A DNA stretch of 64,000 nucleotides from Octopus sinensis (lineage: Eukaryota). Within the stretch, counting starts at the first letter, position 1. Every line of letters begins with the position of its first letter. Positions 1 through 13,666 of this stretch are shown in pieces. The DNA lies in contig NC_043003.1 of the NCBI RefSeq assembly GCF_006345805.1, positions 82,894,001 to 82,958,000 on the forward strand, in the 5' to 3' direction. The notes under the pieces are model-generated. The model was not told the origin of the DNA. It searched no databases and worked only from the letters and a program-made list of their open reading frames with translations. The translations under genes were made by a program, and so were the position numbers.

Positions 1-2270
1 TTTCTGTGTTCACCAGCATACAGAGCGTTCGTGAGTCGCGTTGTAAAGATCGGTCGTCCTTTGTAGGCAATCTGCGATCCGGCTCGGAGTGGCATTGTCA
101 GGGAAGACGTCTCCTGCGACGATGAGGAGGCAATTGAGTAGGATACGGACAAAGATCTTGCTTGTAATACTCAGGAGTGAGATGCCCAATAGTTCTTGCA
201 ATCCTCTAGGTCTGTCTTCTTGTAGATGGTGATGATAGTCGCATCGCGGAAGTCTTTCGTTGGGGGTGGGGAGGCCTTGCTTTCCCAGATCTTGTGGATA
301 AGGAGTATTAGATGATTTCTCAGCTCAGGATCTCCATGCGTGAAAAACGCAAAGTCTCTTTGGTCCGCATAGTTTTGCGTCTCCTCTGCTTTCATCTGCC
401 ACCAGATGTTCTGAGCTCGAATTCCTCGCTGGCATTCCGCTGATGCTTGCTGGTTTTTTCGTTTGTTTTCCACAGTGGCATGGTTATCAAGGTCTAGGCG
501 CGTCCGGAGTTTGTCTGCGATGAGACGGTAGATGGTTTCATCATTCTCGCCAAACCAGTCTTGGTCCTTCTTCCGGGCAAAACCAATTGTCTCCTGGGCA
601 GCAGCGCTCATGACTTCACGATGGCTGGTCTAGCGATTCTTAATGGAGGTTGGTTCTGGCAGGTCCATCAGATTTCTCTCAATGGATTCTCTGAAGTCTT
701 GGGATGCCTGTGAGCTCCCGAGTTTGGCGCAGTCGAAGCGTCGGCAAGGGATGTTTGCTGAGACCCGCTTTGGTGGACAGTGGATCTTGTTGTCAAGGCG
801 AGAAATAAGAAGGCGGTGATCCGTCCAGCATTCATCAGTACCAGGCATGGAGCGGGTAATGCGTAAATCTCGTCTGTCCCTAGATCTTGTCAGAATGTAG
901 TCGAGAATGTGCCAGTGTTTAGACCATGGGTGTTTCCATGTTGTTTTTTGTCGGGTAGGGAGACGAAATAAGGAGATAGCCATGACGAGCTCGTGCTCGG
1001 CGCAAAGTCCCAGGAGAGATGGCTATTTGCATTCTATTTTCCAATGCTGTGATGGCCAACAATGCCATTCCATAGAGAAGGCTCACTGCCCCAATACGAC
1101 GAGTTTGTGGTGCGCGAGGACTGTCTCGCTGGTGCGGTCCAGTAGGTTGTAGAATGAAGCCTTGACGTCGTCTTCGGATGTGAGGGTAGAGGCATACACA
1201 GAAATCAGCGTAAAGAATCTGTCCCAAATGAGTGGGATCCCAACAGTCATCAGGCGCTCACTGACGGCAGTTGAGATGAATATGTGTTGGTCTACGAGTT
1301 ACATTTTTATGGCAAGGCCAACTACATCGATGCGTGATTCATTAAGATTCTTCCCTTTCCAAAAGATGGTTGTTTTTGGAGCCAGCTTATCTGATGTTAC
1401 CTTCTTCGGGAAGCCTAGTCTCGCTCAAGGCTGCCACATCGATGTTGATGCGAACAAGTTCCTAGCAGACAAGGGCTCTACATCGCTCTGGTCGATTAAT
1501 GTTACTCTTGTCCTAGGGAGTGCGTATGTTCTAGGCTCCGAAGGTGAGTGTTGTGAAACAGAGGATTTAGTAGAGTTCCGACCGCAGCATGATGGCCAGA
1601 TCGAGTTGCCGTATCCGAAGTTTACCCCACCTTTTCTAGGGTCTTTCCCTTGAGAGGTAGGCTGCAGTAATCCAAAAGAGGCAAGCCTAGTCACGAGTCT
1701 AGCTACCGAACTCCACTATCATGTCTATTCATTGGAGAGTGACCATCTGAGATTTGCCGCCAATGTGTGGTCACGGACTAGAGACTTCCAGCTTATAAAT
1801 CTGCCTCCGGTACCCACGATATCATCGACATTGGGCTTTTTGAGCCAGATTAGAAAGACGAAACCATTCGCTGAGTAAATTGTTTGTGGTGATCGTGGAT
1901 GCGCGACAGCCACGCGCAGGCACATTGCCAGGAACGTCTCCACTGCTGCTCAACAATTGAAACGAGCATTCGTGATGAGGCTGGTTGCAGGGAGCTGCTA
2001 GAGTCTATCCGCCTTTGCTGGAGTCTATCCGCCAGGCGTTGCCCACTTCCTCCGGAGTCAATCTTTGGGGGTTTGAAAGAGCCCATCTCCGCTTGCTCCG
2101 CTGTTGGGGTCTTGATGTTGGTGTTTCGTCGTGTTTATTCTGAGACCTCATCCTCGACCTTGCCTCCATGGGTGGCCCTACCAGGAGTCTAAGACACCAG
2201 ACAGTATCGCTCTCAGAATCTTTGGAACACAAGCTCTTCCGACATGGCATGGGACGGCCATCGGAAGTGA
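1..2270 (-). mobile_element. RTE-clade LINE, 5' portion (5' UTR/ORF1-like region, APE endonuclease, start of RT); degraded, runs off window start
   Basis: Minus-strand frames give APE motifs INIDVAALSETRLPEEG, TTWKHPWSKHWHILDYIL and WTDHRLL, plus the RT entry GISLLSITSKIFVRILLN. Typical RTE 5' sequence near 2165-2270. Frameshifts and stops present. Confidence 0.9.
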
Positions 2271-3577
2271 TACATACATACATACATACATACATACATA
2301 CACATGTGAGTATGTGAGTATACATAGTTGCATACTTTTAAGAATATATATGTAACTCTACATAGTGTAACTCATATATAAATATATGTTGTCTTTAGAA
2401 AACTTAGCTATCTGTCACCGTTTATGAATAAGTTATCAAGCGCCTAGGTATTGTTACGAACGGTTTCTATAAAGCCTCTGATGAATTCATTCCTGTCTCT
2501 GTTAAATTTATTGAAATTTTCGATTAATATTCCGCCAATTCGTATCTCTCGTGTGTGAAATTTCAAAATTTTTCGAAATTAAATATTAATGCTATCACCT
2601 AAAAAATTATATAAGATTTGAAATATAGTGAAAACTCGTGGTAGGTTAAACGTCATTTCGATAAAATATAGACGTAATTTGGAATTATTAATGAAAGTAA
2701 TTTTTGTATGTGTGACTTTCTATTTTATCGACGTATATGTTCTCTATGTGGTTGCTGATACGTTCGTCTTTGTATGTGTGAGCGCGTATATGATGTATTT
2801 CTGTTTGCACAGAATATAAAATAACGTATTTAGATAGATTTATAGATAGCTAGATTGTTGGCAACACATAGTTGTACATTTCAAGTGTATCACATATATT
2901 TTAAAAGAAATATGTACGACAGAATTATACAATCATTATTTATATCTATAATTCTGTCACTTACTACTTCTCCACTTCTCCATCCATATATGCGTGAATG
3001 TATTCATATGTATGATTGTGTGTGCGTGTGTATGCCTATGTGTGTGAGTGCGTGTAGATACTTATACGCACACACAAACATATGTATATATAAGTATATA
3101 TACCACACTTGACAGGCATGTTTGCTAGAATGTCAAATATTGCCACGATTGTTGCAACTCAATAAATGGACATTCATTCAACAGAATCTTCCCCTTCCAA
3201 TCACTCGACTAGTGTCACACTAAGCTTCGCTCAGCATTAGTATCTTTACCTTGCGGATATCTCGTCTACGGGCATAGCCAAAATAGGGTGTGTTAACATT
3301 TGGCAATAGAATATAAAATATATACTGCTTTACAATAAATAGCCGAAGAGAATTCATTTTCTGTTTTTTAAACAACCTCATTTACAGGCACCCGGCACTT
3401 CATGGAAGATTTGCACGTTTGGAAATCTTCCAGTATTCTACATGTATGGAAATTGAGTATGGAATTGAGAGAGAATATAGTTCACGTTAAAGCGTTCAAC
3501 GTTAACGGATGACATTCGCGAGTGCAATGATTTCGTAGGCTGGATGTTTGTTGTATTATTAGAGGAAATATCTAAAA

Positions 3578-3830
3578 AGGCGGCGAGTTGACAGAATCGT
3601 TAGCACGCAGAATGGTTTGCAGAATCGTTAGCACGCAGAATGGTTTGCAGAAGCGTTAGCAATGCTTAGCGGTATTTCCTCTGTTGCTATATCCTGAGTT
3701 CAAATTCAGCCGCAGACTGCTTTGCCTTTCATCCTTTCGGGGTAGATAAGTTAAGTACCAGTAGAACACTGGAGTCCATGTGAATGACTAGTCCCCTCCC
3801 ACTAAATTTCAGGCGTTGTACCTTTAGTAG
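3578..3830 (+). mobile_element. tRNA-derived SINE (family A) with duplicated A-box region
   Basis: ggcggcgag..cagaatcgttagc (A-box-like) and gagttcaaattc (B-box-like). Homologous to copies at 14583, 20040, 39097, 46430 and 59440. Confidence 0.8.
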
Positions 3831-3868
3831 AAAGTATTATTACATGAAAAACTGCTGAAAGATGTGTA

Positions 3869-3949
3869 CAGTAATCCCCCGCCATATCACGGTTCACCTA
3901 TCGCGTGGGATTTTGGAGCGTAACACCCGCAATAGTCGAGGGATTACTG
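3869..3949. mobile_element. 81-bp pogo/Tigger-like MITE
   Basis: TIR CAGTAATCCC...GGGATTACTG, extending imperfectly to about 23 bp. TA on both sides (3867-3868, 3950-3951). Confidence 0.75.
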
Positions 3950-4839
3950 TAAATCAAAATTGAAAACAGAGTTTTGATTAATTGAATTTGGAAATATAAT
4001 ATGGTGCAAAATAGTTGATGTTTAGCAGGGACGCTTGCACTGCGGCCTTTTTCGACAATTTCTCATCAAACCTTAGGCATTAGCGTGTCTGCTGGCAACA
4101 TTAATATTCAAATGTAAACTGTTCAACATACAAAATAAGCACAGCTTACTGTATATCATACAAGCACGACTAGAAATACTACATATTAATTGTTTTACAA
4201 TTTTCAACAAATAGGAATCTGTCATGCTGTGACAATGTTTAAATTGATTATGTCACCAAAATTAATTTATCTGCTACTTGCTTAACTGATATTCTAAACG
4301 TGCTAAGGTAGGCAACCAGAATAAAGTCAAATACGAAAAATATTCTTGTGTGAAGCATCAGACATTATGCGATTAATATTAACTGTTCATCTTCAGCATA
4401 TTCAATTCATTATCATTTCAATCTCTTAATTCATGTAATTATGCAAGTTCTTTAATGGTGGCATCAATGATTAATGATGTGTAAAACAAATATATTTTCC
4501 TAGTTCCAAGCTCTTTAGATTTTTGTGCATACACTCCGGTTCATAACAGGAGAGTTAATGATGTGTGGAAAGGAAAATTCAAACAAATTTGAATGAGGCT
4601 ATTTATCATTTTCAGAAAATATTACAAGTGTTTCAGTGTTTTACTTGTTTTGGTCATTTGAATATGCACCGGGTAAAGTTCAAATGAGCTTAGTCGAGTA
4701 AACCGGCACTAGTCCTTATTTTCAGTAATTACTGACTCTATAGAGCCTCTTCAGCGAAGTTACTAATAAACGGAGCCGTAAATTAACCTACACTTGTTTT
4801 CAAACGATGAATGAGAAGAGCGCAAGTACAAAATTTCAC

Positions 4840-4853
4840 ACACAAATATATAT

Positions 4854-4907
<54 letters not shown>

Positions 4908-5110
4908 AAGTAAAAAATATATATATACATATATATTTTGTATATATATATATATATTTATATGCATATGTAAATATAATGTATGTATATATATATATGC
5001 ATGTATGTATATGTATGTATATATATATATATATATATGGATGTATATGTATTTGTGTTCGTGTGTGTGTGTGCGTGTGTGTATGTGTGTGTAAGCAAGT
5101 GCGCGTGTGC
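4840..5110. repeat. compound (AT)n/(GT)n microsatellite, representative of dozens in the window
   Basis: Direct inspection. Similar tracts near 8880-9000, 16340-16530, 19806-19960, 29505-29755, 55560-55790 and 56105-56390. Confidence 0.95.
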
Positions 5111-5935
5111 ATGTAACGATTTTCTGCGCGGTTTCTGTGTACCAAACTTATTCACAAGGTATAGTTCAGGTCGGGGCGATAGTAAAGTCCCTCACCCAAT
5201 ACACATGAAAACATGTAACGACTTAACTGCATTTGCACCGATGATCTAACATGAGAAATATTATGCTGTATTTCCACAAGAGAATAAATGGAAAACTGAT
5301 AATCTTTCAAGATCATGATAATAAAATCATGCACAAAATTGAAACAGCAAGTGATCGATTATTCCTGTTCTTTCCTACCAGATATGCTTGGATTAACAAG
5401 TTCCCGTTAATTGTCTTCCTTCTGTTTCTAAATTTTTGTTTTTCTCTTTAGCCACTACTTTCTGTCTCGGTGTTTAACACTTTGTGCATTGTACTTTACT
5501 TAACGGTTCCCCGCAGAGAATAATCGAGAAGCATTTCACATGAAAAGCAAATACATTGATATCAAAAATCAAGATGACATGCAAATATGAGCACTGTCCG
5601 TATACAGCTGAATGATTAAAAGAAAATGAAAAATAATGCATGGATATAGAAACCTTTACTAATACTAGCTCTAATTAGGAGTATAACGTAGTCCACTACA
5701 GCAGATGGCAAAATATTTTGTTGCTAGTATTGAAAGCTTAGCTAAACAAGCATATTACAGCAAAAACAATTGTAGTAGCATCAGTTATATTAACACATAG
5801 AATTATTTCAATAAAAATAATATCTCTTGGGCAAATAAGTCGTATTACAACAAGGAATATATGGTAATAATATTAACTAGAAGAAAGGTAAATGTGCACA
5901 TCGATAGAGCATCGTAGAAGGAAACTTATAACATA

Positions 5936-6488
5936 CGAGCAAAACGCCCCCGTTCAATGGACGGTGCTGAGTTGTCATATATTTAAAACAAATTTTCTCA
6001 AAACAACTTGTTCGACCGTCCCATAGGCCTCCTCTTTGAGAAACACTGATTTAACCTAAATTTGAGACACCAGCAAAAGAAGAAATAAAGTTAGACTTTT
6101 TTTCTATTCGAAAGAAAAACCATTTTATTCACACAAATATGCAACCGAAGAGTTTAAAGTACCAGTAATGATAAGGCTGTTGACTAGGAGAACACAAACA
6201 TGGTTTAAACAATAAGCTTGGCAGGAAAGAAATGTGCCTTTAAGCAGTACAAAAACAACAAAAATTGGAAGGTGCAGTTATGTACGGGTTGACGGAAGAA
6301 AAGCAGGACAAAAACGGCTTTATCGAACGCATTCACACCTATAATCGATTTTGGTAATCTTTTCAGGATTTATACACGCTCTGATACGGTCGGTATCTAC
6401 ATATCAAATTTGAGCGCAATCGGATAGAGGATGCCCGAGATTCTAGAAGACACACATCAGACAGAAAGAACGGATTTTATATAATAGA
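5936..6488 (-). mobile_element. non-autonomous Helitron, copy 1 (553 bp)
   Basis: 5' TC (TCTATTATATAAAATCCG), subterminal hairpin CCGTCCATTGAACGG, 3' CTCG, inserted between A and T, no TSD. Termini homologous to 30873 and 43504. Confidence 0.75.
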
Positions 6489-9254
6489 TTCTGCCGCTTT
6501 ATATTTTGAGGGCAAATCCCACACCGGTCGGCTTTGATTTCTACCCTTCCAAACTGTGTACATCAGGTAGTTTTTGGTTGTATTCGATCAACGTCGCACA
6601 TTCCTAAAATATTTAACCTTCATTTTAAGCTAGAAATCAATAATATTGACATGTTTCTCGTTCATTAGGAGACGGAAAAGTCATGCTGCTCTTCTGAATA
6701 GTCAAATCTTATTTTACAATACATTAACACTGGCAGCAATTTGTCGTTAATTTTATAAATTTCTGACAAATGCAATTGCATTGTGCTTGTCTAGACATCG
6801 TCCCTTTTACAATAATGAATCCCGAACGGTGTCCGCACTAATTACGCTTCATTTTCGAGCAACCAGCTGAGAGAAGCCTGAGAAACAAAGAGTGAAATTG
6901 TTTAGTGTGTGTCTACTAGAAAAATATTTTGTTTCGTTATAATTGTTTAGTAGGGCGGAAGATGATGATTCTGTGACACCTGCTGGCTGCCATTTATGAC
7001 TGATGAGATAGATGACAGAGTTGATGTTTGTACTGAATCTCTGTCAGGCGACAGCATCGGGAATAGCAATTAGGCGTGAATTATCTGCGAAATTTGGCTA
7101 TTCTGGCATCTAGGCAAGAGGTGGGGGGAGAATTTAACGTATGGGATGAGAGATGAGAGGAGTGAATACTGGGTTGGAGTGAGTTGATTTGGTACATAAC
7201 TAGCAAGAAAGCATTGTAATAATTATAAGTGAACTATAATAGAAAATCACCCCCGTTAAAAGCTTTCTTACCAACGCAAAACTGCTAACTCGTTGCTTAC
7301 TATCTTCTTACAGAAAGATATTCGGATCATATTAACATGTTGCTATACATATACATAGAAGTATGTGTGTGTGTATGTGTGTGTTTGTGTATGTATGTAT
7401 GCGTTTATGTATAGCAATAGGTTAGTACGATCCAAATATATTGGTGTAGGAATTTAGAAAGCATCCAGTATGTGTATAGCTAGACTAGATGACAAGGAGG
7501 ATAATATACGATAAAAAGAGTTTATTTACCATCGTAAGTAACTCATTTCGTGTCATAGTGAAATCAAACAAAATTTCGATAAGCTGACAGTTACTATACA
7601 ACTCACGGCTTAGGAACTAAAGTGGCTAAAACTGTGAATAAAAATCGGAAAGTGTAAGGAATAGAAAAGGTACATAAAGACTACATATTTTCATAGCTAA
7701 AAGAATGTTTGTAAATATAGATTCTAACATATATAAATTACTTAGGTAATTCTCAGGTCCTATTACCTTCAAGGTGTTTATATTGTCACGTGTAGAGAAG
7801 TAAATTATTCATCAATTTGGCCACAGCACAAATGGCAAGATGGAAAAAAATTAACATAAAGAGAAAAACACAATCCGTATGAAATGACCACTAAATTTAA
7901 TTGTTAGTGGATAAGTCGCTCTAAATAGAAACTGGGTGGGTGTGTTTACAAATGCCATTTAATGATATCTGTAAAAGCACAACTAGAAATTGATAGTACT
8001 GAATATTACCTAAGTAGGTTTTATGTGTATTAACGTTATATAATAAACATTGTTTTAGCTATGAAATATTTGTAGTATTTATTTGCCTTTTTCGTTCCTT
8101 GGGCACGTATGGATATACATATATATGTGTTCATGTGCAAGCATTTTCTTTTACTTTTCAAGATTCCTTTTTTCTTTAACTTTCACACTATTCGAAAAAT
8201 ATGCATTTTAACGTGACCAACCAATTTAATTTGCAATGGAAACTTCAATTCGGAAATGTAATTCATTCTCTATAAAGAAACAAGCGGTCAGATGTGCAAC
8301 TTTCTGATACGTAACATGTATAAAAACTCTTGCTCCTTGAGTCAATTTTGTAATGATAGCTAAGTGGGAGGTGCGTTGCGTTATAGCATTAGGTGGAAGT
8401 ATCAGGAATGTAACGGTATATAGCAATATAAAAAGAAGTGTGTGACGAAAAGGAATACGACAAAAATGTATTAAAGCTTAGAAAGCTGATGAGTTGTCTT
8501 ATAGGAAAAATTTGTGATGTAGGTATATTTATGACTAATAACGAGACATCTAATGGAACCTCATATACCCAAATATTTCTGTATATATAGCAGTGTATTT
8601 GAAAAGTTTCTAGAGGTGAAACTGGATTATAGTAATATCTCTCTGTATATGTATTATATCTTCTGTGTACAAATATATGTACGACTGATATTGCAGTATG
8701 TCACAGAATTCGCAGTAAAATAATGCAATAAAATGTTCCCCTAGTAAACCGCTGTTGTTAAAATCCTATTACACTTAGAACATCCAATTCAGAATGCAAA
8801 AATACAGTTGTGAAACGTAGGAAGGTACAATTGATAGAAATTTGAGTTTATCGCTATTTCCTCAATCCGGATAATGTGTGCGTATGTGTGAGTGTGCGTT
8901 TGTGTGTGTGTGTGAGTGTGTGTGTGTGTGTGTGTGAGTGTGTGGTGTGTGTGTGTGTGTGTGTGTGGTGTGTGTGTGTGTTTATGTGTGTGTGTACATA
9001 TGTAAAAGATAACAGCTTCAGTGTTTCATAAGTGGCTCATCAACGAGAATTATTATCCTACGCAGAATTATTCCTTATGCTACCTTCATTTACATTTGTA
9101 TCATTTCGTGAAGTCTCATTGCTTAGAATGAATTATATCATAACCCCTGTTTTTACCACAACCGCCAACATATGAGTATATGTATTTGTTTATTGTGTAT
9201 TGTTCATCATAAAGTTTTACCCTGTATATATCGCAGTATCATAGACTATATGTA

Positions 9255-9445
9255 CATATTCACCATGCATACATGATGGCTGCCCCCTCGTTATCGAGTA
9301 TGGCCATTGCACGAAGCTTAACTGTTATTGGTGCTGAGTTTCGAATGTGACTTTTTAGCCCAGCTAAAGATCTACAATGTCTTGTACAGAATAGGCAGCT
9401 AAAACCTTTACCAGCAATAGCCGACTGTAGTTGTAACTGGGCTTC
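9255..9445 (-). mobile_element. RTE LINE 3'-end fragment
   Basis: Encodes FSCLFCTRHCRSLAGLKSHIR, matching the RTE ORF2 C-terminal CxxCxRxC..GL.SH.R motif. Confidence 0.7.
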
Positions 9446-12348
9446 AACATGTATGTATATATACATACACAAATACTCACACACACAAACACATATGTAT
9501 ACAAAAGATATAGTAGCAATAGTTCTGTAACTATACATATATTTTTTACTTTATATATCAATGGAACAGAACAAAAGTTATACAGATCATTGACATAGAG
9601 CTTACTCAAAAAATATGCTCAGTATCTTTGTATTTTTATTCCTGCAGCTAATCAATATTGAGCAAATGTCTATTTAACCAAGCGTAAAACGTAAAACCGA
9701 CATGTTCAATTTTAAGCCAGTGGTGATTTGTATTTGATTGTTTGAAATGAGTTTGACACGATATTATATTTTTCTGCTTTGGTTCATGTAGGCTCGTTGC
9801 TTGAAATATAAAGATTAACACGCAGTGACAACAGATGTGTGTGGAAAAGAACGATTACATATAGCCTCGTCAAGATTTTATATATTGAATGGCGCCGTTC
9901 TGCTTTCTCGGAAAATAACTTGACAGGTCATTTCGAAAACAACAAACCAATGTTAGCTTTTTAATCTGAAATACAAAATCTAATAATCAATAGGGTATTA
10001 ATAGTATGCTAACGATAATTTAGCTTAGCGCAATGAAAAAAGAAATGGCGCCAGTAAGCTGATGATGCAGTTACTCACTTTATTTCAATTCTTAAGTAAT
10101 TGAACTATAATCATATTTGAAGCACGACGTAGAAAGGAAGAAGCTTGCGCCAATGATTCTGAACATTTTGTAAATTCTCCACAGTTATTTATAAAAGAAA
10201 TTTCCAGGCTCTGAATATCGCAAATGTAAGAAATTGTATTATAAAATTTATACTTGATAGAGCAAATACCTCCAGTTTAAATCAAATCGAAATTTCGAAA
10301 TTTTATTTCTGTTTTCGCAGAAAATAGCTTGTAAAATCAAGATTAAACAAAAATTTAAAACATAAATTTACTAGGAAATATATATTTTTTTTTTGTAAAT
10401 CAATTTTATTAGGGAAAAAAAGAATTGACGGTTCAATAGCAAAAATCACGATCATTTGTTGCAAAGCAAATAATGTTATACAAACTTCGAAGTGAGAAGA
10501 ATTATTCTTATTTACCGATATTTGGTGACATGCTAGTATTAAGAAGTGATCACTGATGCGCATGTAACGAAAGCAGCATAAAGCTGACTACATACGAATA
10601 TAGATATACAAATGTCGATTGACGATGGACAACTATAATTGATTTTAAGTTTCCTTATTGTTCCCTTAACTGTAAATATTTAGTTCAGCTGCACAGGGAG
10701 TGCGCATCAATGGCAAAACCAGTACATCACACATGAGCGGCTACAAAGCTGAATTAATTTAGGTGACTGAAGGAAGAAACCAGGGGACGCTATCTGCATG
10801 GAAGAAAATAAAAGGTTAAATACTTGTAAGAAAAGAATAGATTTCAATGAATTACAATTACTTTTATATTGAGCAGATGATAAACTAGGCTCAGTTACTA
10901 ATGTTAAGCAAATTCGGTCAGGGCAATGGGAGAGATAACTCAAGAATTGTAATAGAAATTTCAACTACGCATTCAGTGGGTAGACGAAAATATCCACTCA
11001 AGAATTTTGTTAAGGACAGTTGGAATTCCGATATACTTCGGTTATCTTAGGATTTTTCAGCATTTTCTTCCAATGCTTATTAGATAGAGTGATAGAAAAT
11101 TCTTGCATCGATGTACAACAAATGTATACAAGACGAAGTAAAACTTATTATCCAGAGACACCATCCATATTAAAAATATTGGCCGAGTGCTAACAAATCT
11201 CCTGTAAAGAAAAGATGTATATTAGGAATCTGGAATGTTGGAATATATGAAGTTTCCGCATATTTCCCCCCTACTAATGCAATCTTCAAGAAAGGAACCA
11301 GTTTCAACAGAACGCCACATGCTCAAGTTCCATAACATGAACTTTAAAAATTGACCATTACGAACTACAGTGGTTAACTGAGTTCCTTTGATTACTTAAG
11401 AGAAAAATAACTTCAACCATAGATAACCAGTTGCTATATCAGTGATTCACAAAAGAAGTCAGACAAAAGTTGTAGTTGCTTTCATCATTCATTAAGAAAG
11501 AGATGGGTTGTGGAAGGTGCAGTTGTACAATGGCTGATCGGTCAGTTTAACTGCATAGTATTTACACTGGGAAAAGTTTTGGTTTTGACTTCAAGAGAAT
11601 GTTTATATTTTTCTGTCACTTTTCTTATTTTCTTTTGTATTTCTTCTATGTTTCTATTCCATTTTCATTTTTAAAGACCCTGTCAATTTGCAATATTATC
11701 CGAAAAATAAAAGAGCATTGCTATGGTTTTCAAATCTCCCATGAACTTTATTCATGCTATGTTTCATGTCGCTATTCAATGGCTTCTCTGTTAAAACTTA
11801 TTACAAGATGAATTATTGTCTGTTATTTTCAAAGGTTCATTTTCAGTATCACCTCAGGTTCAATTAAAATTTTTCTAAACGTTTTTTTTTCACTCTCAAT
11901 ATCTGCGTTCTTTTGTAAAGATAGTTTAAATGAGAGACTATAGTACGTTGTTTACTGGTTTCTGTCGTATCTGTTAGATTTTAATCACTGGAATTATAAT
12001 CTGCTCTACTGACTTACAGATCCATTCTCAGAGAAATGTTCCACGTATGTTTTTGTACTAATTTTATGTTACTTATTATTAACAAGCATACGTTTGTGTT
12101 GGGAACTGAAACGTTTATATTTACATATATATATTGAAACGTTTTCTACTGTAGTGAATGAGACTATTTGAAAATTCTGAAATGTTTCTCTATCTTACAA
12201 TATTGCGTATTATTGGCATCCGACGTAGAGATATAATATGTACAATATACAGTAAATAATTCCCTTCCGCTCCTCTGTATATTATAACTGCATTATATCA
12301 GACTGGGAGATCTCGATAGCAATAACCACTCGAATGTTAGGCAAGTAC

Positions 12349-12378
12349 CTTTTGCGATAGCTACAAGTCGTTTGAGCT
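12349..12378 (-). CDS. candidate 30-nt micro-exon (ELKRLVAIAK if phase 1-1)
   Basis: Strong acceptor ttttatttgcttactttcacttacag, donor AAG|gtactt, length divisible by 3. Confidence 0.4.
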
Positions 12379-13189
12379 CTGTAAGTGAAAGTAAGCAAAT
12401 AAAAATCTTATGTACAAGGAAGACACACAAATTCTGAGATCAAATATTCGAAACAATTTTATCTGATTTAATTGTGTGTTGATAGAGCTTAGAATGTAAG
12501 ATACAAGTTAGCTATTTGGTGTACAATGATAATGTCTTTATACTATCTGATTTGACCACGTTAAGGAAACAAATTATAAAAAAATCATGAGATAAGTAAT
12601 AATGCTGCTTAAAGATAACAGGTGTTTAAAGGAAATAGAACAGAGCAGAGTAAGAACATCAATAACATGTTGTCCACACATAGTTCCGTCATTTTAGCCT
12701 CAGGTTGTGTATAACAATTCGATATAATGTGAAAAGGAAATATTTAAGTATTATATATTCATGTATATCTATAATACACCTCTCTTTTATTATAACCATT
12801 ATTATAACCATTATAATCAGAACTGCAGTGTTCTTTTATTATTTTCTTCTCATTTTTGATAAGATTATTAAGAAAACGTTATTGTATATTTTGTCATCAA
12901 GATGGCTTGCACGAATGAAAACGAGGCGTTGAAGGTAAAAACGAACGCACTCAGAGTCCTTTCCCTTTCATACTGATGATAAAATAGTTTAGTCTTCTTT
13001 CAGCTGCAATTGAATTGGATAGCCTAATAAATTTCAACAATTCTATGCAGTAGACAAATGCAGAAAACGAACAAAACTATAATAATGTCTTCCATTTGAA
13101 ACTTCAACTTTAAACGGTTAAAGCTATGTTGTGTGTGTGTATATATATATATATGTATATATATATATAAACAAACAACCGAAAGAGAG

Positions 13190-13415
13190 CTTTTACTATT
13201 TTACTTTCAGTCATTTGACTGTGGCCATGCTGGAGCACCGCTTTTAGTCGAGTAAATCGACCCCAGGACTTATTCTTTGTAAGCCTAGTACTTATTCTAT
13301 CGGTCGCTAATGCCAAACCGCTAAGTTACAGAGGCATAAACACATCAGCATTGGTTGTCAAGCGATGTTCGGGGGGGGGGGGGCAAACACAAACACAAAC
13401 GTATACAGGCACGCA

Positions 13416-13461
<46 letters not shown>

Positions 13462-13666
13462 GACACACAAACATACATACATACATGTATATACATATAC
13501 ATGATGGGGTTCTTTCAGTTTCCGTCTACGTAATCCACTCACAAGCCTTTGGTCGGGCTGAGGCTATAGTAGAAGACAATTGCCCAAGGTGCCACGCAGT
13601 GGGACTGAACCCGGAACCATGTGGTTCGTCAGAAATTTACTTACCACACAACCACTCCTACGCCTA
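13190..13666 (-). mobile_element. tRNA-derived SINE (family B) with internal (TA)/(CA) microsatellite
   Basis: Head ggagtggttgtgtggtaag...ggttccgggttcagtccc at 13502-13666, central microsatellite, tail ...tgactgaaagtaaa at 13190-13400. Homologous to copies at 17172, 21800, 38185, 40030 and 54230. Confidence 0.85.

Noticed and set aside
2165-2270. Possible HDV-like or pistol-like ribozyme at the RTE 5' end
   Set aside because: I could not build the nested double pseudoknot or find the pistol pseudoknot partner by eye. A covariance-model search is needed.
3400-3437. Possible terminal exon (EYWKISKRANLP*) after a minus-strand acceptor; also a 10-bp hairpin
   Set aside because: All three frames give equally plausible short peptides and there is no independent support.
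4710-4755. Minus-strand CTGAAGA..GAAA with two small palindromes
   Set aside because: The helices do not assemble into a hammerhead; the sequence lies in a degenerate SINE-like stretch.
4783-5249. Many long ORFs rich in YI/IY, CV, poly-I/N/Y/L/E (also near 16122, 29409, 32141, 32809, 55867, 59163)
   Set aside because: They are translations of di-, tri- and tetranucleotide microsatellites, not genes.
10680-10800. Faint pogo/Tigger HTH-like peptide (QGVRINGK)
   Set aside because: Too short and degenerate, with no TIRs or catalytic domain.
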